This document shows positions 34,949-46,233 of a stretch of DNA of 64,000 nucleotides, one piece after another (the stretch's first letter is position 1; each line of letters starts with the position of its first letter). The notes below the pieces were generated by a model. It worked only from the letters and a program-made list of their open reading frames with translations, did no database searches and had not been told where the DNA came from. The stretch comes from Eubacteriales bacterium. Lineage in GTDB: Bacteria; Bacillota; Clostridia; Christensenellales; CAG-138. The position numbers were made by a program, and so were the translations under genes. The DNA lies in NCBI GenBank assembly GCA_035446965.1, contig DAOTGE010000005.1, positions 7,116-71,115 on the forward strand, in the 5' to 3' direction.

Positions 34949-35947
34949 ATGAAGAAAAAACGGGCTGCAATCGCGCTGATTATCTGCATTATGATGCTGC
35001 TGACCGTGGGCTGCGCATCCCAATCGGCGGACAGCGGCGCAACGATGGCTGTCGCCGAAGACGAAGCGTACGATGTCTCCTATGCGGAGACCGCCTCGAA
35101 GGCGGATTACGACGGCTATGCGCTCAGCGACGAGGCGTCAAGCACGGAATTAAGCGAGACGAACGAAACCGGCGATTTCGACGTGCGCAAAATCGTTTAC
35201 AACGCGACGATGAGCGTTACGGCGGACGATCCGGAAAAAGCTTTGAATGAACTGACCGCTAAAACGGAGGAACTCGGCGGATACATTTCGAGCACCTATA
35301 CCACGACGGACGACGACGGGGCGTATTATTCCACTGCGACGCTGAAGGTTCCGGCGGACCAGCTCGACGCGCTGGTCACTGCGGCGGAAGCGACGGGCAA
35401 AGTGGACAGTTACCGCCTGAGTTCGGACGACATTTCTCTTTCCTACTACGACATGCAGGCCAGGCTGGACAACGCCAAGGCCGAAGAAGTGCAGCTTTTG
35501 GAAATTCTCGCGCAGTGTGAAACGGTCGAGGATATCCTCGCCGTGCGCGCGAGCCTGACCGACGTGCGCGCCGATATCGAAAGCTACACCGCGCAGATGA
35601 ACCTTTGGGACAACCTTGTGGCGTACGCCACGCTGGACGTGACGATCAACCGCACGGCAAAGACCGTTGTGGAAGGCGAAAAGGAACTCATCAAAATCTG
35701 GAAAGCGTCCGACGTTTGGGACAAAATGTCGCGCGGTTTCAGCAACAGCGCGCGCTTTATGGTAAACGCCATCGGCGCGATCGGCATATTCCTCGCGGTT
35801 GCGGCGATTCCGGCGGGGATTCTGTTCCTTGCCATCGGGCTGCCGATTATCCTGCATAAAAAGAAGAAACGCAAAAAGGCGCTGCAGCCGCAGGAAGCGG
35901 AGCTGGAGCAGGGCAAGCCGGACGAGACGACCAAGCAAAACGAATAA
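34949..35947 (+). CDS. DUF4349-like lipoprotein
   Basis: Met18 of ORF 34898..35947. Signal/lipobox LLTVGC, a central coiled-coil region (YYDMQARLDNAKAEE...RADIESYTAQMNLWDNLV), and C-terminal TMs. Confidence 0.65.
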   Translation: MKKKRAAIALIICIMMLLTVGCASQSADSGATMAVAEDEAYDVSYAETASKADYDGYALSDEASSTELSETNETGDFDVRKIVYNATMSVTADDPEKALNELTAKTEELGGYISSTYTTTDDDGAYYSTATLKVPADQLDALVTAAEATGKVDSYRLSSDDISLSYYDMQARLDNAKAEEVQLLEILAQCETVEDILAVRASLTDVRADIESYTAQMNLWDNLVAYATLDVTINRTAKTVVEGEKELIKIWKASDVWDKMSRGFSNSARFMVNAIGAIGIFLAVAAIPAGILFLAIGLPIILHKKKKRKKALQPQEAELEQGKPDETTKQNE

Positions 35948-35976
35948 TTCATCTATATAAACAGGGGGACGGAACG

Positions 35977-37098
35977 TTGGTAACAATCAAAGAGGCGGCG
36001 ACCAAAAAAGAACTGGTCGACTTTATGGAATTCCCGCTTACGCTGTACCGGGACAATCCGAATTATGTGCCTGATATCCTCTCGAGCCAGGTGGCCGACA
36101 TGCAGAGGGACAAAAATCCCGCGTTTGCGTTTTGCGACGCAAAGTGTTTCCTGGCTTATCGCGACGGCCGGGTCGTCGGGCGGATCGCGGGGATTCTGAA
36201 CGAAAAGGCGAATGCAAAGTTCGGCAAAAAGTACCTGAACTTTACGCACGTGGATTTCATCGACGACGACGAAGTGGTGGACGCGCTCTTTGATGCGGTG
36301 GAAGCCTGGGCAAAACAGCTCGGCTGCGAAGCCGTCCATGGGCCGCTGGGTTTTTCGGACATGGACCGCGAGGGGATGCTCGTGGAGGGATTCGACCGTC
36401 CGAGCCTGTTTTACACGTATTACAACCATCCGTATTATATGGAGCAAATGGCGCGGCGCGGCTACGACAAGCAGGTCGACTGGGTCGAACTGCGCATTAC
36501 GCTGCCGACGGAGCCGGACCAGACGTTCACGCGGATTGCCGACTACGTTAAAAAACGCAAAAAGCTGCATGTGGTCAGCCTTGGCGATTTGCCGATCAAG
36601 CGCATCATGGAGGACATGTTCTCGCTCTACAACAACACGTACCAGGTGCTTTTCGGCATGGTGCCGATGACCGACGAGCAGATGATCAAGTACACCGGCG
36701 AATTCCGGCCGATGGTCGACAAGCGCACGACTTCGTTCGTGTACAACGACAAGGGCGAAATGGTCGCGTTCGGGATCTGCTGCCCCGCGCTTGACAAGGC
36801 GATGCAGAAAATCAAGGGGCGCACGATGCCGTTCGGCTGGGTTTCGCTTTTGCGCGCGCTTAAGGGCAAAAACGACACGGTCGATTTGCTGCTGATTGCG
36901 GTCCGGCCGGACCTCCAGGGAATGGGCGTCAACGCCATCGTGCTCGACGACATGCAGAGAAAGCTCATCAAAGGCGGTTTTCGCTATGCCGAGAGCGGCC
37001 CGATGCTGGAGCTCAACGAAAACATCCTTTCCCAGTGGGAACGGTTTGAAACCGAGCAGCATAAACGCCGCCGGTGCTTTGTGAAGGAACTATCCTAA
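35977..37098 (+). CDS. GNAT-like acyltransferase family protein (uncharacterised)
   Basis: 373-aa clean ORF with a TTG start. FLAYRDGRVVGRIAGILNEK and later ...LLIAVRPDLQGMGVNAIVL (a Q/RxxGxG/A-like acetyl-CoA site). Confidence 0.5.
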   Translation: MVTIKEAATKKELVDFMEFPLTLYRDNPNYVPDILSSQVADMQRDKNPAFAFCDAKCFLAYRDGRVVGRIAGILNEKANAKFGKKYLNFTHVDFIDDDEVVDALFDAVEAWAKQLGCEAVHGPLGFSDMDREGMLVEGFDRPSLFYTYYNHPYYMEQMARRGYDKQVDWVELRITLPTEPDQTFTRIADYVKKRKKLHVVSLGDLPIKRIMEDMFSLYNNTYQVLFGMVPMTDEQMIKYTGEFRPMVDKRTTSFVYNDKGEMVAFGICCPALDKAMQKIKGRTMPFGWVSLLRALKGKNDTVDLLLIAVRPDLQGMGVNAIVLDDMQRKLIKGGFRYAESGPMLELNENILSQWERFETEQHKRRRCFVKELS

Positions 37099-37165
37099 CC
37101 CATCCGTATTCCTTTGCGGCAAATGGCCAAAAAGGCGGAAATAGTGTAACAGGAGGCTGAACTCG

Positions 37166-37348
37166 ATGAATCTTTCCAGACCTACGAAAACCATATGGGT
37201 GATTGCGCTCATACTCGCAGCGCTGGCGATTATCAGCAGGTTCGCCAACATCCCCGTAATCGGCGGTTTTATTTCGGCGAACGATTTCTGGGTTATGACC
37301 GTGGCGTATGGACTTTTGTTCCTGGGGACGCTCTTTCGCGGGCTTTAA
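37166..37348 (+). CDS. Small two-TM membrane protein
   Basis: 60 aa. AGGAGG SD 8 nt upstream. Strong terminator immediately downstream. Confidence 0.6.
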   Translation: MNLSRPTKTIWVIALILAALAIISRFANIPVIGGFISANDFWVMTVAYGLLFLGTLFRGL

Positions 37349-37360
37349 GCAACCCCGCAG

Positions 37361-37401
37361 AAAAAAATACCGGTGCACGATGTCGTGCACCGGTATTTTT
37401 G
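37361..37401 (+). terminator. Rho-independent terminator
   Basis: ATACCGGTGCACGA / GTGCACCGGTAT stem followed by TTTTT. Confidence 0.85.
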
Positions 37402-37445
37402 CGGATCGGGACAGCAAGCTATGGGAAAAACGGATGGTATGCGCC

Positions 37446-37474
37446 TTGACCGATTGCCCTGCGGGCATTAAAAT
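37446..37474 (+). promoter_or_regulatory. Promoter directly abutting the yybS-like start codon
   Basis: TTGACC (37446-37451), 17-nt spacer, TAAAAT (37469-37474), then a 6-nt gap (GGGAAC) to ATG 37481. Confidence 0.5.
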
Positions 37475-37480
37475 GGGAAC

Positions 37481-38458
37481 ATGGAAAATAGGATTCATCA
37501 AACCGCGCGCACGCAAGGCGGCACGTGGCTGATCATAGCCCTCAGCGTCGCGGCGGGAATCGTCGCGCTGCTCGTGCCGGTCGCGCTGATTGTGCTGCCC
37601 GCGCTCTGGGCGTATCTCGGCGCGCGTACAAAACCCGCGTGGATGGCGCTGCCTGCGCTGACGTATGCTGTCGGCGCGTTTCTGCTGTACCAGCCGGTTT
37701 CAGCGTTCGGGATGATCCTGACCGCCGCCGGGACGGCCGCTGCGCTGTATTACCTGCAGGTCAAGAAAATGAGCGGCTCTTATACGTCGATGACGCTCGC
37801 CGGGATACTGCTGGTCGGGCTGTATGTCAGCGTATGCATGCCGGGCGTGCTCTCCGGCGAGGGCGCGTTTGCCGCGGTACAGGCTGCGGCCGACGAGATG
37901 GTCGATTTTTACAAGACGGCATTCGTGAATTCGCCGAACGCAAACGCGGAGTACGCCGCGCTTGTTACGGAGTATCTGGATGCGTTTTCGGAGTCCGTGC
38001 CGTCCATCGTCGTGCCTGCGCTGTGTATTTTTGCCGGCGTAATGGGTCTCGGCAATTTTTTGTTCTTCCGGCTGTTCTGTAAAAAGCATTCCGAAATTTC
38101 GCTCGCGCCCATGCGGGCCTTCCGGCTTTGGACGCTGCCGCGCAGCATGATGTTCGGGTTGTTCGCGCTTCTGATCGGCGCGCTGCTGCTCGAATGGTCG
38201 GACTGGCAGTACGCCGCCGCGCTGTCCAACACGGTGAACGTTCTTGTCGGCATGCCGCTGCTGCTGCAGGGGCTCTGCGTGATAGACTTTTTGATTGCGC
38301 GCTCGGCAAAAAACAAGACAGGCGCGCGGGTCGCGACCTACGTGCTCGTCGGCGTGCTTTTCGGCATCGCGCAGATGCCGCTGATGCTGGTCGGCTGCTT
38401 CGAACAGCTGTTCCATTTCCGCATGCGCGCGCAGAACCCGCCGGCGCCGCGCATCTGA
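37481..38458 (+). CDS. YybS-like (DUF2232) polytopic membrane protein
   Basis: 325 aa and highly hydrophobic. It sits immediately upstream of gdpP-rplI-dnaB, as in the Bacillus yybS-yybT-rplI-dnaC block. Confidence 0.7.
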   Translation: MENRIHQTARTQGGTWLIIALSVAAGIVALLVPVALIVLPALWAYLGARTKPAWMALPALTYAVGAFLLYQPVSAFGMILTAAGTAAALYYLQVKKMSGSYTSMTLAGILLVGLYVSVCMPGVLSGEGAFAAVQAAADEMVDFYKTAFVNSPNANAEYAALVTEYLDAFSESVPSIVVPALCIFAGVMGLGNFLFFRLFCKKHSEISLAPMRAFRLWTLPRSMMFGLFALLIGALLLEWSDWQYAAALSNTVNVLVGMPLLLQGLCVIDFLIARSAKNKTGARVATYVLVGVLFGIAQMPLMLVGCFEQLFHFRMRAQNPPAPRI

Positions 38459-38575
38459 ACGGGCGGAGGCGCAGACATCGCCCACGGAGGCTGAAACGGA
38501 CGCTTCGATACCGGCCGGGCCGGTTGCCGCATCGAAACGCCCGGTTGTTTTATACACTGCTGCAGGAGGGAACGG

Positions 38576-40537
38576 ATGAAGAAAGCAAGGACTTGTTTAC
38601 CGGCAGTCGCCGTGATGCTGGCACTGCTTTGCGCTGCCGTTTTCTTTATGCCGAGTTTTGCGCAGTATCGTCTTGTGACCGTGCTGATCGCGATTGGCGT
38701 TTCCGCGATTTTTCTGCTGATTTGCAGGAGCGTTGAAAAAAAATGGTATGCCGAGCAGCAGAAGCTCATGGATTCCGTGTTCCGGGAAAATGCGTTTATT
38801 GCGGCGCGTTTGATCAATCAGGTTTCCATCCCCTGCGCGCTGGTGGATGCAAACGGGCACGTCGCCTGGCGCAACGAAGGGATGAAGAAGATTTTTGAGG
38901 AGACGGACGTCCGCGTCGTGCAGCCGCATTTCAACATCGAGGCGCCACTCGTTGCCGAGCCGATGGAATACGCCGGCAGCACCTATCAGGTGATGAGCGT
39001 TCCCGTGCACCGCAAAAAAGACGCGCGGGACATGGTCTTCCAGTATTGGATCGACCGCACGGAGGCAGCGCACTATCAGCGGCTTTTTGAAGAGCAGATG
39101 CCCTATGTGGCGCTGATTTATATCGATAACTATGAGGAACTCGCCGCAGACGTGCAGTTTCACCGCACCAGCGTATTCGGCGAAGTGGAGCGGCTTGTGG
39201 CGAACCTCGTTTCGGGGATCGACGGCATCTACCGCCGGTATGAAAACGGGCGATTTTTTATCGTGTTTGAAGCAAGGCATCTGGCCGAGCTTGAAAAGCA
39301 GCGATTTCCGCTTCTGGAACAGGCGCATGCGATCGACACAGGCACCAACATGACCGTGTCGCTTTCGATTGCGGTCGGCGCGTCGGACCGCGTGGCCCGT
39401 TCCGATGAGAGCGCGCGCCAGGCAATGGAACTCGCGCTCGGGCGCGGCGGCGATCAGGCGGTCATCAAAAAAGGCGGCGGATATGTGTTTTACGGCGGCA
39501 AACGTCAGCCGGAGGCCATGCAGTCCCGCGTAAAGATGCGTCTTTTCAGCAAGGCCCTGCGCCAGCTGTTTGAAAACACGGGGGATATCTTCATCACCGG
39601 CCATAAACGGCCGGACATGGACTGCATCGGCGCGGCGCTCGGCGTGGCGACCTGCGCGAGGCAGACCGGTTCGCATGCATACATCGTCCTGGACGAGGAA
39701 AACGCGATGATCGACCACGCGGTCGAACTGATTAAGCAGGACCGCACGTACAGCGGGATGCTGATTACGCCCGAACAGGCGGAGCGCACCATGCGTCCGA
39801 GCAGCGTGCTGGTCGTCGTCGATACCCAGCGTATCGGCTCGCTGATTGCGCCGAAGCTGCTGGAGATGGCGAGCCGCGTGGTGGTGATCGACCATCATCG
39901 CCGCGGTGCGGACCATATCGACAACCCGACGCTGCATTTTCTGGAGGCGCGCGCTTCGTCCGCAAGCGAGATTGTGACCGAGATGCTGCAGTATTTCGAT
40001 CCCGGCCTGCGTCCGCCCGCGTTCGTCTGCGGGACGCTGCTTGCGGGCATCACGATCGACACCAAGCATTTTGCGTTTAACGTCGGTTCGCGCACGTTCG
40101 AGGCGGCGGGATACCTCCGCAAAAACGGCGCGGACATCGGCATGGTCAAGCAAATGTTTCAGGACGATATGGAGAGCTACGGGGACGTTGCCAACACCGT
40201 GCGCAGCGCGGACGTGCTTGCCGACGGGATTGCGATTGCGGCGGTGGGCGAGGACGTGAAAAACGCGCCGCTGATCGCGGCGAAAGCGGCGGACGAACTG
40301 ATCGGCATCCGCGGCATTGAAGCGGCGTTTGTGCTGGGCAAGGAAAACGGGGACGTCAGCGTGAGCGGGCGTTCGCTCGGCGGTGTCAACGTGCAGCTCG
40401 TCTGCGAAAAAATGGGCGGCGGCGGACATCTGACGATGGCCGGCGCGCAGCTTGGAGACATGGAACTCGACGAGGCGGAAGCGCTTGTGCGCGGCTACGT
40501 GGAACAATATAACCAGGAGGTCGAACAAACAACATGA
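38576..40537 (+). CDS. gdpP: Cyclic-di-AMP phosphodiesterase GdpP (TM-PAS-degenerate GGDEF-DHH/DHHA1)
   Basis: 653 aa. Two N-terminal TMs, DHH motif [21 protein letters not shown]1 motif GGGGH. Confidence 0.88.
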   Translation: MKKARTCLPAVAVMLALLCAAVFFMPSFAQYRLVTVLIAIGVSAIFLLICRSVEKKWYAEQQKLMDSVFRENAFIAARLINQVSIPCALVDANGHVAWRNEGMKKIFEETDVRVVQPHFNIEAPLVAEPMEYAGSTYQVMSVPVHRKKDARDMVFQYWIDRTEAAHYQRLFEEQMPYVALIYIDNYEELAADVQFHRTSVFGEVERLVANLVSGIDGIYRRYENGRFFIVFEARHLAELEKQRFPLLEQAHAIDTGTNMTVSLSIAVGASDRVARSDESARQAMELALGRGGDQAVIKKGGGYVFYGGKRQPEAMQSRVKMRLFSKALRQLFENTGDIFITGHKRPDMDCIGAALGVATCARQTGSHAYIVLDEENAMIDHAVELIKQDRTYSGMLITPEQAERTMRPSSVLVVVDTQRIGSLIAPKLLEMASRVVVIDHHRRGADHIDNPTLHFLEARASSASEIVTEMLQYFDPGLRPPAFVCGTLLAGITIDTKHFAFNVGSRTFEAAGYLRKNGADIGMVKQMFQDDMESYGDVANTVRSADVLADGIAIAAVGEDVKNAPLIAAKAADELIGIRGIEAAFVLGKENGDVSVSGRSLGGVNVQLVCEKMGGGGHLTMAGAQLGDMELDEAEALVRGYVEQYNQEVEQTT

Positions 40538-40980
40538 AAGTACTGCTCGAACAGGATGTAAAAGGCACCGGGAAAAAAGGCGAGATCATAAACGTTTCGG
40601 ATGGATATGCGCGCAACTACCTTCTGCCCAGGAAGCTGGCGACCCCGGCGGACGCACAGGCGATCAACGCGGCGAAGATTCAGAAAAGCGCCGCCGCGCA
40701 CCGGAAATTTCAGGCCGGCATGGCGGCAAGGGACCTTGCAAAGCAGCTCGAAGGCGCCTCGGTCACCGTCCGCGCGAAAGTCGGTGAAAACGGCCGGCTG
40801 TTCGGCGCGATCACCGGCAAGGAAATCGCCGCCGCGCTGAAGGAACAGAAGCAGGTTGAAATCGACAAAAAAAAGATTGCGCTTTCCGAGCCGATTCGTG
40901 CGCTCGGGGAATACACCGTGCGCGTGAGTCTGTTTGAAAACACGTTCGCGGCGGTCAAGGTCGTCGTCGAAAAGGAGTAA
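40534..40980 (+). CDS. rplI: 50S ribosomal protein L9
   Basis: [40 protein letters not shown] overlap with gdpP. Confidence 0.95.
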   Translation: MKVLLEQDVKGTGKKGEIINVSDGYARNYLLPRKLATPADAQAINAAKIQKSAAAHRKFQAGMAARDLAKQLEGASVTVRAKVGENGRLFGAITGKEIAAALKEQKQVEIDKKKIALSEPIRALGEYTVRVSLFENTFAAVKVVVEKE

Positions 40981-41014
40981 CGTTCAGGCCGCCGCGCAGG
41001 CAAAGGAGCACGCG

Positions 41015-42388
41015 ATGGAACAATTCGAGCCCGTAACCGCAAACGAAGAAACGCAGCAAAAAACGCTGCCGCACGCAGGCGACGCAGAGCGCAGCGTACT
41101 CGGCAGCATGCTCATCGACGCGAACGCGCTGGAAATTTGCCTCGAGCAGCTGCGCGAGGAAGATTTTTACGTGCCTTCGCACGCGGTGATCTTTGCGGCG
41201 ATGCGCGATATCCGGCTGTCCGGGGATGCGGTCGACCTCGTGACGCTTTCCACCGAACTCGAACGGCATAACCGCCTTGAACAGGCGGGCGGATTGACGT
41301 ATCTGACCGACCTTGTGACGTTTGTGCCCACGGCGGCCAACGTCCAGAACTACATCGAGCTGGTCGAGTCCAAGAGCGTCCAGCGGCAGCTGGTGCGCGC
41401 GGGCGGCGAGATCATCCGCGACGGCATGGACGACGAAAAGGAACTGGAAGAAACGCTCAACGCCGCCGAGCGCCGCATCTACGATATCTCCATGCGCAAG
41501 TCGCAGGGCTCGCTCGTGCCGATCGACCAGATCGTGCCGGAGGCCTACAACCTCATCGGCGAGCTGGCGCAGCGGCACGGCAAGATCACGGGCGTTGCGA
41601 GCGGATTTACCGAGCTCGACCGCCTCACGAACGGCTTCCAGAAGAGCGACCTGATCATCGTTGCCAGCAGGCCGGCGATGGGAAAATCCAGCTTTGCAAT
41701 GAACATTGCGCAGTACGCGGCGCTGCACGACGACCGCACGGTGGTCGTGTTCAGCCTGGAAATGAGCGCCGAGCAGCTGGTGATGCGCATGCTCTGCACG
41801 GAGGCCACGGTCGACTCCCAGCGCATCAAGGAAGGGCTGATCGGCAACACCGAGATGGGACAGCTCATGGAGGTTATGGACCCGATGAGCCGCGCGCGGG
41901 TATATATCGACGATTCCAGCGGCGCGAGCGTGCCGCTGATCCGCAGCAAATGCCGCAGGCTCAACGCACGTGTCGGGCTGGACATGGTGATTATCGACTA
42001 TCTCCAGCTGATGCAGTCCTCCGGCGGACGCAAAAACGACAACCGCATGCAGGAAATTTCCGATATGACGCGTCAGCTCAAGCTGCTTGCGCGTGAATTG
42101 GACGTGCCGGTCATCCTGCTCTGCCAGCTCAACCGCGGGCCGGACCAGCGCGCCGATCACAGGCCGATCATCTCGGACCTGCGCGAGAGCGGCTCCATTG
42201 AGCAGGACGCGGACATGGTCATTTTGCTGTATCGTCCGGCGGCATACCCCGATACGCAGGAATGTGAAAACGGAGACAACACCAGCCAGATCATCATCGC
42301 CAAGCACCGCCATGGCGCGACGGGTGTGATAAAGCTGCTCTGGCAGGGCGAGTATACGCGCTTTCGGACGATCGCAGGCGAGCAATAA
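41015..42388 (+). CDS. dnaB: Replicative DNA helicase
   Basis: Met28 of ORF 40934..42388, after AAAGGAG. LPHAGDAERSVLGSML, Walker A SRPAMGKSSF, DYLQLM. Confidence 0.93.
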   Translation: MEQFEPVTANEETQQKTLPHAGDAERSVLGSMLIDANALEICLEQLREEDFYVPSHAVIFAAMRDIRLSGDAVDLVTLSTELERHNRLEQAGGLTYLTDLVTFVPTAANVQNYIELVESKSVQRQLVRAGGEIIRDGMDDEKELEETLNAAERRIYDISMRKSQGSLVPIDQIVPEAYNLIGELAQRHGKITGVASGFTELDRLTNGFQKSDLIIVASRPAMGKSSFAMNIAQYAALHDDRTVVVFSLEMSAEQLVMRMLCTEATVDSQRIKEGLIGNTEMGQLMEVMDPMSRARVYIDDSSGASVPLIRSKCRRLNARVGLDMVIIDYLQLMQSSGGRKNDNRMQEISDMTRQLKLLARELDVPVILLCQLNRGPDQRADHRPIISDLRESGSIEQDADMVILLYRPAAYPDTQECENGDNTSQIIIAKHRHGATGVIKLLWQGEYTRFRTIAGEQ

Positions 42389-42414
42389 CGGCGGCACGGG
42401 AGAAGAGGGAATTC

Positions 42415-43071
42415 ATGAAAAACACGGACATGTTCGAGGACCTTTCCGCAACGCTTGCGGCGAAACTGTTTGAAGAAACGACCTATCCATGGGAAGCACT
42501 GCCAAGGATCAAGGCGTTTGTCAGAGAACTCGGCGAAACGCTGGACCCGGCGGAATACGACCACCCGGAAGAGGACGTTTGGATTCACAGGAGCGTGAAG
42601 CGCTACCCCAATGTGTTTATAGCGGGGCCGGCGATCATCTGTGCGGACACCGAACTGCGGCCCGGCGCGTTTATCCGCGGGGCGGTGCTGGTCGGCAAAG
42701 GGTGCGTGGTCGGCAACTCCACGGAACTCAAAAACTGCATCCTCTTCGATCATGTGCAGGTGCCGCACTACAACTACGTCGGCGACAGCATCCTCGGCAG
42801 TTATGCGCACATGGGCGCGGGCTCGATCTGCTCGAACGTCAAAAGCGACAAAACGCCGGTCGTCGTGCGCGGCGAAGTCAAAATTGAAACCGGTCTTAAA
42901 AAATTCGGCGCGATACTGGGCGACCATGTGGAAGTCGGCTGCAACAGCGTGCTCAACCCGGGCACCGTGCTGGAACCGTACGCCTCGGTCTATCCGCTTT
43001 CGCGCGTGCGCGGCGTTGTGCGGCGCGGCTACATCTTTAAGGCGCAAAACGAAATCGTAAAACGGATTTAG
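42415..43071 (+). CDS. Left-handed beta-helix (hexapeptide-repeat) transferase, GlmU C-terminal-like
   Basis: 218 aa with repeated [LIV]G hexapeptides (IRGAVLVGKGCVVGNSTELKNCILFDHVQV...). Confidence 0.6.
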   Translation: MKNTDMFEDLSATLAAKLFEETTYPWEALPRIKAFVRELGETLDPAEYDHPEEDVWIHRSVKRYPNVFIAGPAIICADTELRPGAFIRGAVLVGKGCVVGNSTELKNCILFDHVQVPHYNYVGDSILGSYAHMGAGSICSNVKSDKTPVVVRGEVKIETGLKKFGAILGDHVEVGCNSVLNPGTVLEPYASVYPLSRVRGVVRRGYIFKAQNEIVKRI

Positions 43072-43276
43072 GTTTTGCCGCCGCCGGTTCGGGACGCGGA
43101 GACGCACCGGAACCCCGGCGGTTTTCCCCTGTAATTTTCGTGCCGGCGGGCGCGAAAAAACGCGGTGTTTCCGGCGGGGCGCGCCAGGCGCGCAACATGT
43201 CGGACAAAATGTGAAAAGCTCGCAAAATTCCATACAATTCCGATTTTTGCCGATATCGTTCGGCTATAATATGCAT

Positions 43277-45214
43277 ATGGCTACATTCAGACATCATTCG
43301 CGGTATCTTTCCTTCCGCAGGCCGCAGGGCGCGGTCTGCTGCGGCACGGGCGTCCATATCGAGGCGGAGTGCGGCGGGGACGAGATCGTACGGATTCAAC
43401 TCAGGTTATACGAACAGGACGGCACGGAAACGTTTTTTGAAATGCCGGTCGAGGGCGGCCGCGCAAAAACGGACGTTCCCATGCCGGAGGCGCCGTGCCT
43501 TGTTTGGTACTATTTCATGATCTCCTTAAAGGACGGGCGGACGCTCTATTACGGCGCGGACAGCGGCGAAGGATCGCTGCAGACGCACGAGCCGCGCGCC
43601 TACCAGATCACCGTGTACGACGGCGCGTTTAAAACGCCGCAGAGCTGGTGCGAGGGCATCGTTTACCAGATTTTTCCGGACCGCTTCCGGCGCAGCAGTT
43701 GGGAGGACTTCTATGCACGCGCGCAGTATCACATCCAAAAAGGAAGATTTTTGCGCCTGCACGACCGCTGGTCGGAGGAGGTTTGCTATACGGCGGCACC
43801 CGGGCAGGAAGACTATGAGCCGGACGATTTCTTCGGCGGGGACTGCAACGGCATCCGCGAGAAGCTGCCCTACCTCCAGGAACTGGGCGTGACGACGATT
43901 TATCTCAACCCGGTTTTCGAGTCTGCGAGCAACCACCGTTACAACACCGCGGATTACAACCGGATCGATCCGATCTTCGGAAGCGAAGAGGAGTTCCGCG
44001 CGCTTTGCCGCGAGGCGGGCGAGCGCGGCATCCGCGTGATGCTCGACGGTGTGTTTTCGCATACGGGCGCGGACAGCCGGTATTTCGACAGATACTCGCG
44101 CTATGAGGACGAAGGCGCTTATGAAGGCGAAGATTCGCCGTATTACAAATGGTATACCTTCCATGGCGACCGCGACCATTACGAAAGCTGGTGGGGCTTT
44201 GCGTCGCTGCCGAACGTAAACGAGCTGGAAGCGGGTTACGCCGACTTTATCACCGGCGAAAACGGCGTGCTCAAACACTGGGCGGACTGCGGCGCGCACG
44301 ACTGGCGGCTGGACGTTGCGGACGAACTGCCGGACGAATTCATCCGTTTTTTGCGCAGGCGCGTCAAACAGGACGACCCGGAGGGCGTGCTGCTCGGCGA
44401 AGTTTGGGACGACTGCTCCAATAAATACGGACCCGAAGGCCGCCGCGGCTATGTCAGCGGGGACGAACTGGACAGCACGATGAACTATCCGTTTACGGAG
44501 GCGGCAATCGCTTTTCTGACCGGGCGGACGGACGCATACGCGCTTAACCACGCGCTGCAGACGCTGCGCGAACACTATCCGAAACCGTTTTACGACGCTT
44601 GCCTGAACCTGATTTCTTCGCATGACATCATCCGCGCGGCGACGGCGCTTGCCGGCGCGCCGGACCGCAATGCGATTTCAAGGAGCCTGCAGGCGGCGTT
44701 CCGGCCGAGCGAGCAGCAAAAGCAGAAGGGGCTTAAAAAGCTGATTCTTGCGACCGCGCTGCAGATGGCGCTGCCGGGCGTTCCCTGTGTGTATTACGGG
44801 GACGAAGCGGGGATGACCGGCATGGCCGACCCGTTTAACCGCGGCGCGTATCCATGGGGTTCGGAAAACCCGGAAACCATGGAGGCGTTTACCGCGCTGA
44901 TGCATGCGCGGCGGGACACGGATGCGCTCAAACGCGGGCTTTGCCGCATGGGTGCGCTCTCGCCGGAGGTATTCGCCGTGGTACGCTATCTGCCGCAGGG
45001 CGGCAAGGCCGCGGTGCTGATGATCAACCGCAGTGAGAAGGTGCAGAGCGTTTCGCTTAAGCCGGAGCGGCTCGTCGAAGGGCCGGACGGGGAAACGCAG
45101 CTTGCGCTTGCGGACACGCTGACGGACGTGCTGAGCGGAGAAACGGTCGGCACGGAAAACGGAGAACTGAAAACGGCGCTCGCACCGCTGAGCGCACGGC
45201 TTTGGATCGGCTGA
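43277..45214 (+). CDS. GH13 alpha-glucosidase/neopullulanase-type glycoside hydrolase
   Basis: YQIFPDRF, DGVFSHTG, WRLDVADE, GEVWDD and SSHD conserved regions. Start is ATG 43277 or 43271. TATAAT (43265-43270) lies 6 nt before 43277 and there is no SD. Confidence 0.85.
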   Translation: MATFRHHSRYLSFRRPQGAVCCGTGVHIEAECGGDEIVRIQLRLYEQDGTETFFEMPVEGGRAKTDVPMPEAPCLVWYYFMISLKDGRTLYYGADSGEGSLQTHEPRAYQITVYDGAFKTPQSWCEGIVYQIFPDRFRRSSWEDFYARAQYHIQKGRFLRLHDRWSEEVCYTAAPGQEDYEPDDFFGGDCNGIREKLPYLQELGVTTIYLNPVFESASNHRYNTADYNRIDPIFGSEEEFRALCREAGERGIRVMLDGVFSHTGADSRYFDRYSRYEDEGAYEGEDSPYYKWYTFHGDRDHYESWWGFASLPNVNELEAGYADFITGENGVLKHWADCGAHDWRLDVADELPDEFIRFLRRRVKQDDPEGVLLGEVWDDCSNKYGPEGRRGYVSGDELDSTMNYPFTEAAIAFLTGRTDAYALNHALQTLREHYPKPFYDACLNLISSHDIIRAATALAGAPDRNAISRSLQAAFRPSEQQKQKGLKKLILATALQMALPGVPCVYYGDEAGMTGMADPFNRGAYPWGSENPETMEAFTALMHARRDTDALKRGLCRMGALSPEVFAVVRYLPQGGKAAVLMINRSEKVQSVSLKPERLVEGPDGETQLALADTLTDVLSGETVGTENGELKTALAPLSARLWIG

Positions 45215-45268
45215 CCGGGCAACTGGCGGCTTGATGGAGCAGACAACAGCAACAAAAGAGGGATACGC

Positions 45269-45727
45269 ATGTTTCAACGGCAACAACGATATCTGGACGA
45301 ACTGAACCGCGCGATGCTCATCACCGCGTTGATCCTCACGATTATCGGCATGTTCTTTTTCCAGTACGGCACATGGCCGCGCTATGTGATTACGGGACTT
45401 GCCACGGTACTTCTGGTGCTGCTCATGCTGCGCCTTTTCAGCAAGGACCAGAGCAGGCGGTACCGTGAGAACGTAAAGTTTTTAGCGGTGACGACCGATG
45501 TAAAAAACTGGTTTCGCAGCACGTTTAAGGGCGGCGCGCGCACGCCGAAGCAGCCGAAGACGCACCGCGCGCGCAAAGCGCGTAAAAACCCGACATGGAG
45601 CGAGATTAAGCAATATAAATATCTGATCTGTCCGCAGTGCACCCAGCGGCTGCGCGTGCCGCGCGGCAAAGGGCGCATCCGTGTGACCTGCACGCGCTGC
45701 GGCAACGTGTTTGAAACAAAAAGCTGA
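45269..45727 (+). CDS. Membrane protein with a C-terminal zinc ribbon
   Basis: 152 aa. Two TMs, a basic linker, then CPQC...CTRC. Confidence 0.6.
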   Translation: MFQRQQRYLDELNRAMLITALILTIIGMFFFQYGTWPRYVITGLATVLLVLLMLRLFSKDQSRRYRENVKFLAVTTDVKNWFRSTFKGGARTPKQPKTHRARKARKNPTWSEIKQYKYLICPQCTQRLRVPRGKGRIRVTCTRCGNVFETKS

Positions 45728-45860
45728 AGCCGCGTGAAGCAATCGCGGACAAACTGCGAAAAAATTGAAAAACGATATTGTTTTTTAAAAAAGTATGATA
45801 TACTAGCGAAACAGTAGTGATTATACTGCATGCAATTAATATAAGACGGAGGAATACGAC

Positions 45861-46061
45861 ATGCAAGCAACCAAGGATATGCTCATCCAGCAGGTCATCG
45901 AGCTGGACGAGGGTACGGCCGAAATTCTGATGAACGCCGGCATGCACTGCCTGGGCTGCGCAATGGCGCACGGCGAATCGATCGAGCAGGCCTGCGCGGT
46001 GCACGGCATCGACGTGGATACGCTGATTGGGCAGATCAACGCGTACCTGGCAAAGAAATAA
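45861..46061 (+). CDS. DUF1858-like small redox-disulfide domain protein
   Basis: 66 aa. GMHCLGCAMAHGESIEQA. GGAGGA SD. Confidence 0.7.
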   Translation: MQATKDMLIQQVIELDEGTAEILMNAGMHCLGCAMAHGESIEQACAVHGIDVDTLIGQINAYLAKK

Positions 46062-46080
46062 ACAAACTGTACGCTTTACG

Positions 46081-46115
46081 CAGGCCGCCCGGTTTTCCGG
46101 GCGGCCTGTGTTGTC
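46081..46115 (+). terminator. Hairpin terminator
   Basis: CAGGCCGCCCGG-TTTTC-CGGGCGGCCTG with a weak T tract. Confidence 0.6.
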
Positions 46116-46233
46116 TGCGGCGGCGCTGCGGGCGGATCATGACACATTCGTTCACAGCGGCGTGCGAAAACGGGCTGGAATCGCGCGCCGTTCCATGATA
46201 AAATACAAAATAGTGTAAAAATCGGAGGGGTGC